Assembly (NCBI GenBank): GCA_964016885.1
Contig: OZ024751.1
Location: 39,866,001-39,930,000 of the forward strand
Length of the DNA: 64,000 bases
Direction: 5' to 3'
From: Eledone cirrhosa
Lineage: Eukaryota
Shown: positions 32,287-47,663 of the stretch, piece by piece
Position numbering within the stretch: position 1 is the first letter of the stretch
Layout: each line of letters begins with the position of its first letter
Notes under the pieces: model-generated
What the model was told of the DNA's origin: nothing
Seen by the model: only the letters and a program-made list of their open reading frames with translations
Databases searched by the model: none
Program-made: the position numbers and the translations under genes

Positions 32287-33299
32287 TTTTATATTATTAT
32301 TATTTAAATCCTTGTGTCAAAAGCAGAAAGAAGCCATTGTCCACAACGTGGGTAAGAATTGGACATGGGGTGGTGCTGTGATAGGACATACAAAATATCG
32401 ATTGGAACTAATTGAAATTTCAGGCAGGTGATTAATCAAACTTCGTGATGTGTGTGGGTGTGTGTGTGTGTATGAAATAGAGAAACAGAATAGAATATGG
32501 ATGCAGTCGAATGTGCAGGCAAAGAAGGCTGACACTGAAGTATAGAACATTTAAGAAGAGAGAATAGAGGACGACCGACCGAGTGATGTGATATTTATTA
32601 TAAGAGAATTTCACAATAGATTGCAAGAGGTGCACAGGACAAATTGCCTAGGGTTACAAACGTTATCAGAATAAATCACACAGCCTATGGCCTTCTATGT
32701 AACTGTATGTAAAATTCCAGCTACTTAGTTATAAAACTATGGAGTACAAATTGGAAAATATTCCTTATCTCGTTCTTGTTTTCCTTCTTGATGTTGTTGT
32801 TGATGTTGTTGTTCAAACTTATGTAAGTTTAGGTGACCACATATGATGTTGAATCGAATGGGATTTTCTGGTGGGTTTTAATGATAGAAGCCCCACAACA
32901 CACACACACACACACACACACACACATCACACATACACACACTCCCACACATCCCATCACACATCAGTTCTATCGGGTTTGTCCTGTATGACCTTCTCGG
33001 TGACTTCATTGTTAGTGTGTCTGTAGGGTCTCTCTATGTGATACGCCACCCTTGAACAAGAACAGGCTATTTATTTTAAACAAAAACAACCTCGGCATCA
33101 GAATACTGTCAGTTCACTGTAAACTCCGAATATTCCCCCACCCCGAACCCCCCCCCCCCCCCCTCCCTAGCCCCCCACACACTTATTTCAACCAATCAGG
33201 GGCGGCAGGTGCCCCTTATCCATTTACCAACTTTACAACCTCACCCAAAACGTATCCGGTCCGTTTCGCTTAAAAGCATACAGAATGTTTACGTGTACA

Positions 33300-33457
<158 letters not shown>

Positions 33458-33919
33458 TATGCAAGTGTATATATATATGTACATACATCTCTCTCTCTCT
33501 CTCTTCTCTGCACGTGTGCGCGAGTGTGTGTAATCTCCCACACATAAAAACCGTTCGAATTTCAGTGCAAAGGAATCATCAATTTTTATACTCCATTCCC
33601 TTCGGTTATTTCCTCTCATCGCTATGTTAAACATTGTTATTTCAAGTTGGCCTAAATATCTTCATATCTTGTCTTGCTTCCATCACGCCATTTATTGTTA
33701 ATACAAAGCGACATCGCAAGAATTTTGGCAGTAGTTGTCATTAGAATAGCATCCCAAGATAACCAAGAATTGCTGGAACTAAAGATAAAGGATTACCTCA
33801 AGAATTCATGATTACTTTCAAAGAAATAATCACCATAATATTTACAGGCGCCTTTCTACAGTTTATGAATGAATAAAGTCTATCTTCTTTTATGTTTTTA
33901 TTATTTTATTCTTTTATAG

Positions 33920-34172
33920 ATCCCGCCGAGGTTGACTTTGCCTTTCATCCTTACAGGGTCGATAAAATAAAGTACCAGTAATGCACTGGGTAATTGCTGG
34001 CCTTGTACCAAAAATAGAAACAATTATTTTATTCTTTTACGTCCCTTTACGATCTGAGTTCAAATCCCGCCGAGGTGACTTTACCTTTCATCCTTACTGG
34101 GTCGATAAAATAAAGTAACAGTAATGCACTGGGTAACTGTTGGCCTTGTGCCTAAAGTAGAAACAATTATTT
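33920..34172 (+). mobile_element. Two tandem 5'-truncated SINE copies (other truncated copies at ~7156-7268 and ~17510-17608; older copies at ~1160-1390, ~39745-39880, ~48352-48508)
   Basis: 3' half of the SINE repeated twice, each followed by attatttttattctttta. Confidence 0.85.
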
Positions 34173-34627
34173 TATTCTTTTACTGGTTTCGGTGATTATT
34201 CCGCAGCCATACTGGGGCCATGCTGGGGCCATGATGGGGTCATGCTGGGGTACCATCTTCGGGGGATTTAGTCGATGACAGTGATCTTAGTATTTGTGTT
34301 GTTTTATGACCCCAAAAGGAAGGTTTGTTTTGCAGTCATAGCTAAGATGAAGATCTGTGATCACCATGGGAGATACTCGGAGAAGGAGAGAGCTGGTAGT
34401 TGTTGTTGTGATGGTGAGGGCTAATAGATCTATATGTGATGGTGTGGGTTATCATATGTTGTGATAGTGATGTCCTAGCATTTGATGTTATCGTGGTGGT
34501 GAGTTCTAACATTTGGTGTTACGGGGGTGAAGGCTGGCATTTATTTTGGTGAGGGTGGAGGCCTATCTATCTATATATCTATCTGTCTTTTTCTTTATAT
34601 GTATATATAATATCTTTATTTATTCAG

Positions 34628-34744
34628 CTTCATTTGGCGATCCTCATTTCCTTGTCCGTATCAAAGATCTCAAGCTTCCCATATGTTTTGACATGCCAGG
34701 CAAGGATGGAGAATTTCAAAATTTGCTGTATGATCCTACTAAAG
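34628..34744 (+). CDS. ITIH-like exon with the Asp-Pro cleavage motif (SFGDPHFLVRIKDLKLPICFDMPGKDGEFQNLLYDPTK)
   Basis: tattcag acceptor, g|gtacgt donor, 117 nt, phase 1-1; GDPHF...CF...G....L..DP is the start of the ITIH C-terminal domain. Confidence 0.92.
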
Positions 34745-34987
34745 GTACGTTTTACTCTTCTTATTTGTGCAGATTTAGTCACTATTTTTACTAATGTCAG
34801 TGACCAGGTAGAGGTTGTTTTATTGGAAACTTTCGTTCATTTTAGTACATAAACATAGAGTTATTCTCCCTTGTCACAACAAATTATGAACTTCATTTTT
34901 CATGTGTGATGTAGCAATTGTCTCATTTATCTAATTTATCATATTTTATTGAATGGAATATGTCTTAGGATTCATATGTATGAGTAT

Positions 34988-35026
<39 letters not shown>

Positions 35027-35033
35027 ATATGTA

Positions 35034-35239
35034 TAACGAAGGAAATGTGGTAAGGAACCAGGTGGACCATAACGCACCAAAGTACTCAATACTTAGGGTA
35101 GTAGAGTGGGTAATAGGAACGAGTAGGACCCCGACGGCTGAGCTCAAGCCGTTTCGGCGGCTAATTCTGGACCCAGAATTAGCCGTCCAGAATTAACCGT
35201 CGAAACGGCTTGAGCTCAGCCGTCGGTGTCCTACTCGTT

Positions 35240-35241
<2 letters not shown>
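35034..35241 (-). mobile_element. Family A copy with a short duplication near the loop (arm fragment also at ~35624-35672)
   Basis: Sequence match; TA-flanked. Confidence 0.88.
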
Positions 35242-35283
<42 letters not shown>

Positions 35284-35720
35284 CATTATTAATATATGTG
35301 TGCATATATGTGCATTATTAAATATATATATACATACAGAGAGAGAGACACACACACACAGATTTATGTATATATGTATATATATATATATATTGAGAGA
35401 GAGAGAGAGAGAGAGGGAGGCGAGAGAAAGCTGGAGTTCTTATATTGTATATTTAAAATGTTAAATCCCTGACATAGATGTGAGACTGTGTCTCAGCATG
35501 TTCACAGTCGAAAGACGAAAACCAGAATATAATAGTATCCTTTACATGTGACTTAATCTTATCTTATGCAAACACTGTATACATTATACATACACACAAC
35601 AGACACATACACACATATATATATTAGCCGTCGAAACGGCTTGAGCTCAGCTGTCGGGGTCTTACTGGTTCCTATATATATATACATATATATATATATA
35701 CATACATTTATATATATATG

Positions 35721-35786
<66 letters not shown>

Positions 35787-36292
35787 TGTACATACTTACA
35801 TATACACCCACGTGTATTTATAGGCGGTTCGCCGGTTAAAGCACTCAATGCTGTGTTGTTTACATTTCTGCAGCCTTGACTTCGTTTCTGCTTGCTTGTA
35901 TGTGTGTGTGTGTGTGTAGGTGTATGTGTGTGTGTGTCTGTGTGTGTAGGTGTGTGTGTCTGTGTCTGTGTATGTGTGTGTAGTTATGTGTGTCTGTGTA
36001 TGTCTGTGTAGGTGTGTGTATCTGTGTGTCTGTGTATGTGTATGTCTGTGTATGTGTGTATAGGTATGTGTGTGTTTGTGTCTGAATATGTCTGTGTAGG
36101 TGTGTGTATCTGTGTGTCTGTGTATGTGCCTGTGTCTGTGTAGGTGTGTGTAGTTATGTGTGTCTGTGTATGTGTATGTCTGTGTAAGTGTGTGTGTGTC
36201 ATTTGATTTTATCAATAAAATCTGGAATATATCATTTGAAATAAATATATTTTCCTGTATTCTAACTTTCCATTTTCACTTTGTTTTTGTAG

Positions 36293-36652
36293 GAATTAAC
36301 ATCACAGCCAAAATAGTTGAGGGCAAGGGTCGTTATAAACCAAACAGACCTCTCCGGACATACATTGGTGAAATCTACATTGCCTCCCGTCACATGACAG
36401 TGTCCGTCACACCCCATAAAATATCGTTTAATCACCATGATTTCACGTGGGATAATGAAACGGGAATCTCGTCCGCCAGCTCAACATTGGGGATAAACGG
36501 TAGAGGCAAATATATGGAGTTTGGAATTTCTAAAGGTCAAAAATTGCTCTTAAAAAGAAATCTGGTGTCTAAGATGGCACCAAAAGATGGGTATTTGGAT
36601 TTCTTTGTTATTTCTGGCAAAGGATTTTCAAAGAAAGCATCAGGCATTATAG
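36293..36652 (+). CDS. ITIH-like C-terminal domain exon (GINITAKIVEGK...TYIGEIYI...YLDFFVISGKGFSKKASGII)
   Basis: ttttgtag acceptor, g|gtaggt donor, 360 nt, phase 1-1; TY.G and YL.F......FS....G.IG match the ITI heavy-chain C-terminal pattern. Confidence 0.9.
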
Positions 36653-36714
36653 GTAGGTTCTCTTCTCTCTATTTTCTTTTTTGTTGGGGGTAGGAGATTA
36701 TTAGAAAGAGAAGC

Positions 36715-36930
36715 CGATCGACTTTCGTCAAATCGGACCGAGGAAACAATGTTTCCGTTGGTCTTTCTAATTGCTAATACTATCTATCGGTCGCAACTCC
36801 AGGTAGAAGGAGCAACGTGAAATAAAATGTCTTGCTCAAGGATACAACGCATCGCCCCGGTCCAGGAATCGAACTCGCAACCTCACGATTGCAAATCCAG
36901 TTCTCTAACCAATCAGCCACACGCCTTCAC
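36715..36930 (-). mobile_element. Second tRNA-derived SINE family (CORE-like ccttgagcaagac segment); relatives at ~22918-23145 and ~58628-58720
   Basis: Minus strand: tggctgattggttaga (box A), gttcgattcc (box B), then tccttgagcaagacatt. Confidence 0.75.
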
Positions 36931-37147
36931 ATTAGAAATACTAGAATAAATATTTGACTAAATAAACGCAGGCGTGGGTGTGTGGTTAAGAAAATGACTT
37001 AATAAAGACGCGGTTCTAACATGGTTCAATCCCACTGTGTCACCTTGAGCAAGTTTCTTCTTTCTATTACAGCTTCATATTGTCCAATGTCTTATGAGAA
37101 AAATTTGTTAGAGGAAAACTACAGACCCCTATCGTATATATATATAT

Positions 37148-37191
<44 letters not shown>

Positions 37192-37192
<1 letters not shown>

Positions 37193-37660
37193 AAGACCTG
37201 AAAATCCGCCTCTTCATTGCTGTAGTGGAGTCTATGCTGCTGTACGGGTCTGAGACTTGGACACTGACCAAGAAACTCACTCAGATGGTGGATGGGTGCT
37301 ACACGAGAATGCTGAGGATGGCTCTAAACATTAATCAGTATACACTGAGGATGAAAAAACTCAGAGCTGTATGGGAGCCTCCAAAAGTCCGCTCAAAAAT
37401 GACACAGAGGAGACTGAGGTTAGCTGGACATGCTCACCGACATCCAGAGTTGACATTGCACTCAGTGCTCCTGTGGGAGCCCCTACATGGACACACTGGA
37501 AGAGGAAGACCAAGGGTTAACGTATGTTGATGCCCTAAGGACAGACACTGGTCTGAGACACTGGTCTGTTGGAGACGCAGGATATGGCAGCGATAATGAG
37601 GGACAGAGACCGCTGGAGAGAACTCGTCCATGGATCTCGGGAATTTTACCCGCCCTAAAT
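37192..37660 (+). mobile_element. RTE-clade LINE 3' fragment
   Basis: KIRLFIAVVESMLLYGSETWTLTKK...YTRMLRMALNI...RRLRLAGHAHRH...GRGRPR; short 3' UTR and a tagata microsatellite tail. Confidence 0.85.
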
Positions 37661-37688
37661 AGATATAGATATATATAGATATATGTGA

Positions 37689-37722
<34 letters not shown>

Positions 37723-37871
37723 GTCTAGGGCGGGTAAAATTCCCAAGATCCATAGACGAGTTCTCTCCAGTGGTCTCTGTCCCTCATTATCGCTGCCATG
37801 TCCTGCGTCTCCAACAGCAGTGTCAACTCTGGATGTCGGTGAGCATGTCCAGCTAACCTCAGTCGCCTCTG
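37723..37871 (-). mobile_element. Second copy of the same RTE 3' end, inverted and internally deleted
   Basis: Reverse complement of ~37565-37657 joined to ~37405-37457. Confidence 0.8.
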
Positions 37872-37879
37872 GGCTACTC

Positions 37880-37953
<74 letters not shown>

Positions 37954-40393
37954 GACGTGGACAAAACTAATCGGGGAGGACCTGAAAGATATAAAGAGTG
38001 TCAGCCGAAAAGGTCATAGGCTAACCAAGATACTCTCATGAACAAATGAGGTTTATTTTTCAACATAGTACCTTATTAATAAAAAGATTTGAAGTTACAA
38101 GATTTCACAGCCCTAACATCACTCCTTCATAGTCAACCTATGAACTTTTTAATCGACCTTTTTAGTTTCTTCATTGACTGATATACGAGCGTATAATATA
38201 TTGGAATGTGTCACCAACATTTATGGTCATCTATTAACGAGTTGGTACGTTGAGTGGGTGGTAAAAGGCTAAAATAATTGACCAGAACTAACAGAGAATT
38301 GAAAATATCTTCCGCTTCGCTTTATACCCTGAAAATAAAATTACGCATAAATTCTATCTTTCGCCATTATTGGCGCCATTATATTACAGAGTTAAATATT
38401 TATACTTATATAATGGGTTCCGAATGATTGAAATATTCTATAGCACTTTACTAAAAGTAGAATAGGGAGCCACGTTTCACTGTAAATGTGATAAACTATA
38501 CCGCATTGTAATCAATTCAACAGCTCTACAAATTGAATAAGTGAATCAACCTCCGTCGATTTTGACGATGAGTGCTCCAGCTGATCCATTAGCGGAAAAC
38601 TGCCAGCTCGTGAATGAGTGAAATTAACGTGTAACTAGTTAGGTATTTCTACAGGCACGTGTACCCTTAACGTTATTTTTAGGATGATTCAGAATGACAC
38701 AGTAAGAGACTAGGCTGGCCCTTTGAATTACAGGTAAGTCCACCCGACGGGCTTCCAAGCAGTTTCCGTCTACCAAATTACACTCACATAGCCCAACCCG
38801 AGTCTATGAAAAAATATTGTTGTCTCGAGATTGTCAAATAGGTGCGATTTGAGGAAGATTTGGTCACTATATCTAGCAGGCCTCTTAATTCCATAGAGGC
38901 TCACTTGTTAACTCAGATAGTCAGATGGGTGCGATTTGAGGAAGACTTGATCACTATATCTAGCAGGCCTATTGATTGCATAGAGGCTCACTTGTTGACT
39001 CGAGATGGTCAGGTGTCGTAAGTGTGACAAGTACGAAGCAATGATTATGTAATATACAAGAGAGAATATATATAATTTACATAGAACAAACTAGAATATG
39101 AATAAATTACATGGAACAATAGAGAATCTATTAAGAAATTTCCCTCTTAATTTATTGTAGAATTACAACCAATTAGTAACTTCCTGATAACGAGAATATA
39201 AGAGAGTAATTTGAAGTGGATCGAAAGTTAGATTTACCTGAAATAATGTCGTCTGAAGTGTCATAATAGAAAGCTTTTGATATGTGTATTGCAACGAAGC
39301 CGGTGATTGGGTCTGTATCTCGCAGGTAAAAAGTAAATGGATTGTCCGTCGGTTGCAACGATGAGTATATAAGTTGTTCAGTCTTCTACAGTCTATACTA
39401 CACTACATAATTTCATTCACGAAGTTTGGGTCGAATTTATGCTTTTCGCAGAAAGCAAATTGCACGAGGTTTCTAATTCTTTAATCAATGGAAATACCTA
39501 CAAAGATTATGGGGGCAGCCGTTTCCTCAAGATTGATCTTATGTAAAAAGAAAAAAATGACTAAGTATTCCGCGAACCCATGTATTGTGCGAGACTAGAC
39601 TGGTTCTTTGAATTGCATATAAAGTCCATTAGTATTTCTGTTTCGGTTTTTATTTCAGTTTTCGGAGGGTTATTAAAACAAGACAAAACCGAAACATTAA
39701 TCTAGAAGATTGTTTATCACAATATTCATTAGAAAACTAAAGAAGTGGATTTGCAGAGTCGTTAGAAGGTTGGATTAAATTTTTTTTTAATGATTCGGTC
39801 TTTGTTCCGGCTCATTGCGTTCCGTGTTGAAATCCCGCTAACGTCAGTTTTGCCTTTCATCCTTTCGACATCGATAAATAATTTACCTGCCCAGCGCTCA
39901 GGTCAATTCTTCCTCTATCTTTTCTTTATCTTTCTCTCTCTTTCTTTCTCCATCACTTTCTTTTCTGTTCAGGAAGAAATCGGCTGTGTTCAAACATGAA
40001 GCGGGATGAACTCCACCAGGTTTTAAATTTTCAAGATACACCTCGTGTTAGTACGAAGCTCCTACGACTCCATTAGGCGTTAAAAGGCCTCTTAATCTTA
40101 CCTCAAAATTGTTTACTTCTCCACCGTTATTTATCAAAATACGAAGATTACTTAACGCAATATACACATATGCTCAATATACTCTCATTTTCATTATTTC
40201 CCTCTCTTATTCTTTCTCAGTTTTCCAGACAGGGTGATGTGATAAACACCTCATCTTTCCATTCAGCTTCACGTTATATCTGATGTCAATCAGTCGTTAT
40301 CTACTTGTCATTTGACACTGTTGAATTACCCACACTATCTCAGTAACATGACAGCGAACAAAACCACTAAGCCTATTATATATATATGTGTGC

Positions 40394-40428
<35 letters not shown>

Positions 40429-40442
40429 AAGAGAGTTGTATA

Positions 40443-40739
<297 letters not shown>

Positions 40740-41013
40740 TGTCATCTACCGGGATCATTTCAGATATATATATATATACACTCTTGATATCTAAAACTCA
40801 GTCATTTTTCTAACGTTTCAAACCATTTTAATTATCGTCTGATAGATTTATAGTGTTTTCATTGTATTTCTTTGTTATATATATCATACATAACCAGTCT
40901 TTATTTCTTTTCATTTCCTGATTACTTTTCTCCTGCTTTTTTTGTGTTTAATGATATTTTATTTCTGATTCTTGCTCATGTATTTTTATATCATTCTTCA
41001 ATTTATCTTTCAG

Positions 41014-41246
41014 GTCGTTGTCTGAGTATGAAAGGGAAACTCTTGCAAACGAAACGAAATACACTTGGTAGAACTAAAGCTATTTTAACTCTAACGCTAC
41101 CAGATCAGAACTTAACGAAAGTGGTGAATGCTACGTTGAAATATCGTCAAGGCTGGATGTATACTACAGTTCCATGCTGGATGGTGGATACACAGCAACT
41201 AAGCTTTAAACTAAATAACCTGTTTGAAACTATCTCTCTCTCATAG
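41014..41246 (+). CDS. ITIH-like terminal coding exon (GRCLSMKGK...VPCWMVD...ETISLS*)
   Basis: tttcag acceptor in phase 1, stop TAG at 41244-41246; V.CW.V motif near the ITIH C-terminus. Confidence 0.85.
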
Positions 41247-41403
41247 AGATTTATTATATATATATATATATATAATCGCTAAAGTAATATTAAAAAACAT
41301 CATGACGATGTTTACACCAACACACACCAACACACAGACCGGGAATTGTCACAGATATAACTCTATGGCATTCATACTAATAATTTGATTTGGGGCTTAA
41401 ATT

Positions 41404-41445
<42 letters not shown>

Positions 41446-41556
41446 TTATATATGTGTGTTTGTGTGTATATATACATGATTATATAAATGTGTGTGTATA
41501 CAAGTATAAATACATATAGTAATATACACACATATATATATATACATATATATATA

Positions 41557-41595
<39 letters not shown>

Positions 41596-41731
41596 GCGTG
41601 TGTATATGTATACTACATATGTGCGTGAGTATATCTAACCCACACTTTTTATCTCGTCTTCAAATGACTGTTGTATGATGTCTACAGCTTATATTCGATA
41701 TTGATCTATATAAATGTATATGTATACATAC

Positions 41732-41766
<35 letters not shown>

Positions 41767-41805
41767 AATTACGCATATGTATATATATATATGTATACAT
41801 ATATA

Positions 41806-41862
<57 letters not shown>

Positions 41863-41869
41863 TATATAT

Positions 41870-42150
<281 letters not shown>

Positions 42151-42207
42151 ATACACATACATATATAGTGTAAGTTTTTGTATATAGAAAATGAAAGATC
42201 TCTATTT

Positions 42208-42383
42208 AATAAATGTTAATACGTTTTGCTTGAAAATGAAAATTGACCAACAATTATCGATTATCTATATATCAATATTGATTACCTACAATTATTAAAA
42301 CTGTAATGGTCTTCATTTACATGCTTCAAATTAAATAAATTATCGTTTTCCATTTTGTAAAATGGTTGATCGTTTGTAATAAA
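42208..42383 (+). promoter_or_regulatory. Candidate polyadenylation signals for the ITIH-like gene (AATAAA at 42208, 42334, 42378)
   Basis: Cluster of AATAAA about 1 kb after the stop followed by T/GT-rich sequence; weak evidence in AT-rich DNA. Confidence 0.3.
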
Positions 42384-43120
42384 AGTGATATAATTTTACG
42401 TTTTGTCGCTGTAGAAATTAACATATCGGCTTATTGACAGATATATGTATATATATAGCATGGATAAACTAATATATAACTCAATTTATATGTGGAGAAT
42501 TATACATGTTAATATGTTTATATATGTATGTATATATATATATATATATATATATACATACATACATATTCTTAACTCTGAAGCGGAGATTCATTCGGTT
42601 TCCTAGTTAGAATTTAGTCTACGACTTCAACTATACCATTTACGTGGTTTTGTCTTTGCGTGCCATTGTTCTCCACGTTCCACATATGACATATTATCTT
42701 CGTTTTTTCCGTTCATTGCCAGAGAGCGTCTCTATGAACCACCTAAGAGAACATTAGTCTACGACTTCTTTTATACCATAAACGTGGTTCTGTCTTTGCG
42801 CGTAATTGTTTTTCACCGCTCCTATTAATGACGTATTATATTCGTTTTTTCCCGTTCTTTGCCAGGGAACATTTCCACGAACCAAAGTATCGTCTTCCTG
42901 TCTTCCTCCAGTTGCAACGTTTTTTGAAATATCCACTTCTGCGTTTACAGATTGACTTTGTTAGTTTCAGAAGATCCCGTTAAGGGTGAAAGCAGCGATT
43001 CTTTGCTTAAACTTTAATCTGTTATTTTAATAAATATTTGCTCTACGGTTCTTATATATTTGATATATATTTATCCTTATCGAGCCCTTTTTGGATTTTA
43101 GTCTTCAAATTTATTATTAT

Positions 43121-43167
<47 letters not shown>

Positions 43168-43238
43168 AAAATGGAGAGGCAGTACGAACAAAGGTTTATT
43201 AGTTTCACGCTCTATATATATATACACGAATACATATA

Positions 43239-43313
<75 letters not shown>

Positions 43314-43320
43314 GAATACA

Positions 43321-43915
43321 TATATATATCATAAAATATGTCTTTAGAATCACTAGATATAATATATACCATTTCTCCCAATTAGCATAATTAACCATAT
43401 AAAAAATCAATTAGACCAAGCTATAAGAATAAAGATATTTTTGGCGCGATCACTTTGGAAAATTAAATGTCTAATTTTGAGTTCGCTCCTGATGATTCCG
43501 AAGCTCTAGACATCCTCTGTTATCGGATGCCTTAAAATACGGATGAAACCATGGTATAGGTAATTAGGTATGTACGCAATTCTTCTAAGTTCAATTTTAC
43601 ACCTAATTGTGTTTGGTTGACTGTATATCTGGTCGATTTTTACATGTTGTCGAAATGTTAGATAAATAATCTACCGTAGCCACCGCGAAGGGGCTGCTTT
43701 CGGTTATTTGTCGGAGATTTCTTCATAGGAGCCTTTATTCTTATAGCTTGGTCTAATTGATTTTATATGCTAAATTATGCTAATTGGGAGAAGAAATGGT
43801 ATATATTATATTATATCTAGTGATTCTAAAGACATATTTTATGATATATAGCTCTGATTATTTAATTTATTAATTTTTCATTGAGCCACAACGTGACCCG
43901 TTGCAAAACACATAT
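43321..43915 (+). mobile_element. Fold-back element: arms ~43321-43435 / ~43733-43850, hammerhead-like motif at 43486-43559 in the loop
   Basis: ctc CTGATGA t-tccg...cgga-t GAAA CCATGG TA|tag (first stem I pair broken); a diverged relative lies at ~23250-23512. Confidence 0.72.
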
Positions 43916-43945
43916 ATATCTATGACTTTATATATATATGTAAAC

Positions 43946-44003
<58 letters not shown>

Positions 44004-44037
44004 ATGTATATGTATATGTATATGTATATATATATAT

Positions 44038-44090
<53 letters not shown>

Positions 44091-44114
44091 AGAGAAACAG
44101 AGAGATGACGGGTC

Positions 44115-44191
<77 letters not shown>

Positions 44192-44462
44192 CAGCGCCCA
44201 TAATATTCGTTCTTTTACCCATATACCTTCAAAGGTCCGATAAGGTTAATTTCAATCGAAAGGTCTTTGGTACTTATGATGTGCTAAGTTTAAACATATA
44301 TTCAATAAACCAGACGACATATATTTTCCAGAAAATCCGATTGAAAGACAAGTATTTCATGAAAGGGGTTCTGAATATATTACATTTACAACTTGAATTC
44401 TTGAGATATTGAATAGGAAATATAATTATATGTATTTATGTCTGTGCGTATGTGTGTTAGTT

Positions 44463-44503
<41 letters not shown>

Positions 44504-44512
44504 AGACATAAA

Positions 44513-44594
<82 letters not shown>

Positions 44595-44602
44595 TATAAA
44601 GA

Positions 44603-44810
44603 TAACGAAGGAAATGTGGTAAGGAACCAGATGGACCATAACGCACCAAAGTACTCAATACTTAGGGTAGTAGAGTGAGTAATAGGAACGAGTAGGACCA
44701 CGACCGCTGAGCTCAAGCCGTTTCGGCGACTAATTCTGGACTAAAATATTTTAGTCTAGAATTAGCCGTCGAAACGGCTTGAGCTCAGCCGTCGGGGTGC
44801 TACTCGTTCC
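44603..44810 (-). mobile_element. Family A copy (partial copy also at ~45779-45901)
   Basis: Sequence match; TA-flanked. Confidence 0.88.
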
Positions 44811-45161
44811 TATATATAAAGATATATATTTATACAGTATATTTATGTCTATATTTATGTCTATATACACATTTACATATATTTCATATATACATGAAAG
44901 TAAAACTTCCTGTTGTGGTCTGTAATTATTCAAAGACTTTCTCTTCGCTATTTCTGCTTTCATCTTTCCAGTCTATAATTATTTAACTCACCTCTACAAA
45001 GGTTTACTTTCTATCCCTGGTTAATCCACCTTTTTCTCTCACCCTAATTCCTCGGACTCTTTCCATTCTTTTCCAACATTTAACTAACTTTATACAAATA
45101 TTTGTACCTCAATTCAGTCATTTTTTTAACAGATTTATTTATTATTATTTTTTATTATTTT

Positions 45162-45350
45162 GGGGGTGGATTGGCAGTATCGGTAGAGGGTCGGACGCCA
45201 TGCTTTCCAGCATAGTTACGTCCCTTTACGATCTGAGTTCAAATCCCGCCGAGGTTGACTTTGCCTTTCATCCTTACGGGGTCGATAAAATAAAGTACCA
45301 GTAATGCACTGGGTAATTGCTGGCCTTGTGCCTAAAGTAGAAACAATTAT
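45162..45350 (+). mobile_element. Same SINE family, full length
   Basis: Near-identical to the 18984 copy; TSD attattttttattattttg. Confidence 0.9.
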
Positions 45351-45973
45351 TTTTTATTATTTTGAAATCCGTAGAAAGACGTGATGGTCAAGAGCATACA
45401 ACCACCATCACCTCCATCACCATCATCACCACCATCACCACCAACTCCACCACCAACTCCACCACCACAGCACAGCCATCACAATCAACATCACCAACTC
45501 GGCTATCACCATCAGCACCAATCACAACAGCAACAACAACAACCTCAATAAAAAAAAAACAACACCACCATCTTCACCAACACCACCATTCACCAAGCCA
45601 CAACCATAACCACGCCACAACCATCACCACCCATAACCATGCCACCAACACCATCACGCTAACACCATCACCACGCCACAACCATCACCAGGACACAATC
45701 ACCAGGCCCCTTTGCATGCATACATATATACATAAATATATGTGTGTGTGCGTGTAGATATAGATATATATATATATATAACGAAGGAGTTGTGGTAAGA
45801 AACCAGATGGACCATAACGCACCAGTACTCAATACTTAGGGTAGTAGAGTGGGTAATAGAAAAATGTATGAATGACCCTGACGGCAGAGCTCAGGCCGTT
45901 TTATATATGTTACATTCCTAAAATGGAAGCACAATCAGCCCTAGGCGGCCAACTTTGTTTTTATTTTTCTCAT

Positions 45974-46025
45974 GACAGGCTAAATGAGTTGGGGCCTAGA
46001 ACCCAACGAAACTTGAGTACCTGTC
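45974..46025 (+). ncRNA. Hammerhead-like motif with altered core in a short (TA)n-flanked insert (~45905-46048)
   Basis: gacagg CTAAATGA gttggg-gcctagaa-cccaac GAAA CTTGAG TA|cctgtc; perfect 6-bp stems I and II, core deviates from CTGATGA. Confidence 0.65.
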
Positions 46026-46046
46026 TATGTCACTGTTGTAATAATT

Positions 46047-46620
<574 letters not shown>

Positions 46621-46984
46621 AGAAGTAAAAAGTCGGAGAGAGAGAGAAACGTGGAGAAAAGAAAGAGAGAGATAAATAAAGAAAAAGAAGAAATATATAT
46701 ATATAGTAAGAATATTTTCAAAACAGCGAGCGGGTTTGAAATTATTATAAAAGTAAGCTATCGCCGTATTTTGACTAAATGGGAAAAGATGAGTATTGAT
46801 GTACATCAATACTCATCTTTTCCCATTTCTCCGAGGGTCCTTAACCCCACTATCAGGCTAAATAATTTCTTTAATTTCTTTAGTCAAAATACGGTGATAG
46901 CTTACTTTTATATATATATATATATAAATACATGAGTATGTGTGTGTGTACGTATGTGTGAGTGCATATATATATATATATATG

Positions 46985-47053
<69 letters not shown>

Positions 47054-47172
47054 ATATATACAATCATAAATGCATGCATACATAGATATATGTACACATG
47101 CATTTATACATACATCCATACACAATACATACGTACATACATACACACATACAAACATAGCAACATGCATGC

Positions 47173-47203
<31 letters not shown>

Positions 47204-47601
47204 CATACATACATACATACATACATACATACATACATACATACATACATACATACATACATACATACATACATACATACATGTGTTTGAAATTTACGTA
47301 TCGTTGTTAGGATATTATTTGAGAAAATTTGACACCCAAGATATCTAAAGCTCTCGGATCACGCAGCTACTCTGATGTAATTGTTCTCATGCAACGACAG
47401 TTTTTATTGTATTTCAAATTATTTTATTTTATTATTTGTGTCTCTAAGTGTGTATGGTAGGGTGTACCATATCATAAATCCTTTCATATACCGAATTCAC
47501 GTTTATTACCTACCGATATTTGAAATTGGAAAAAATGGTATGGAATATGAACTTTTGATATTTGCTATGTAAGTGTATGTGTTTGTGTGTGTGAGTGTGT
47601 G

Positions 47602-47663
<62 letters not shown>

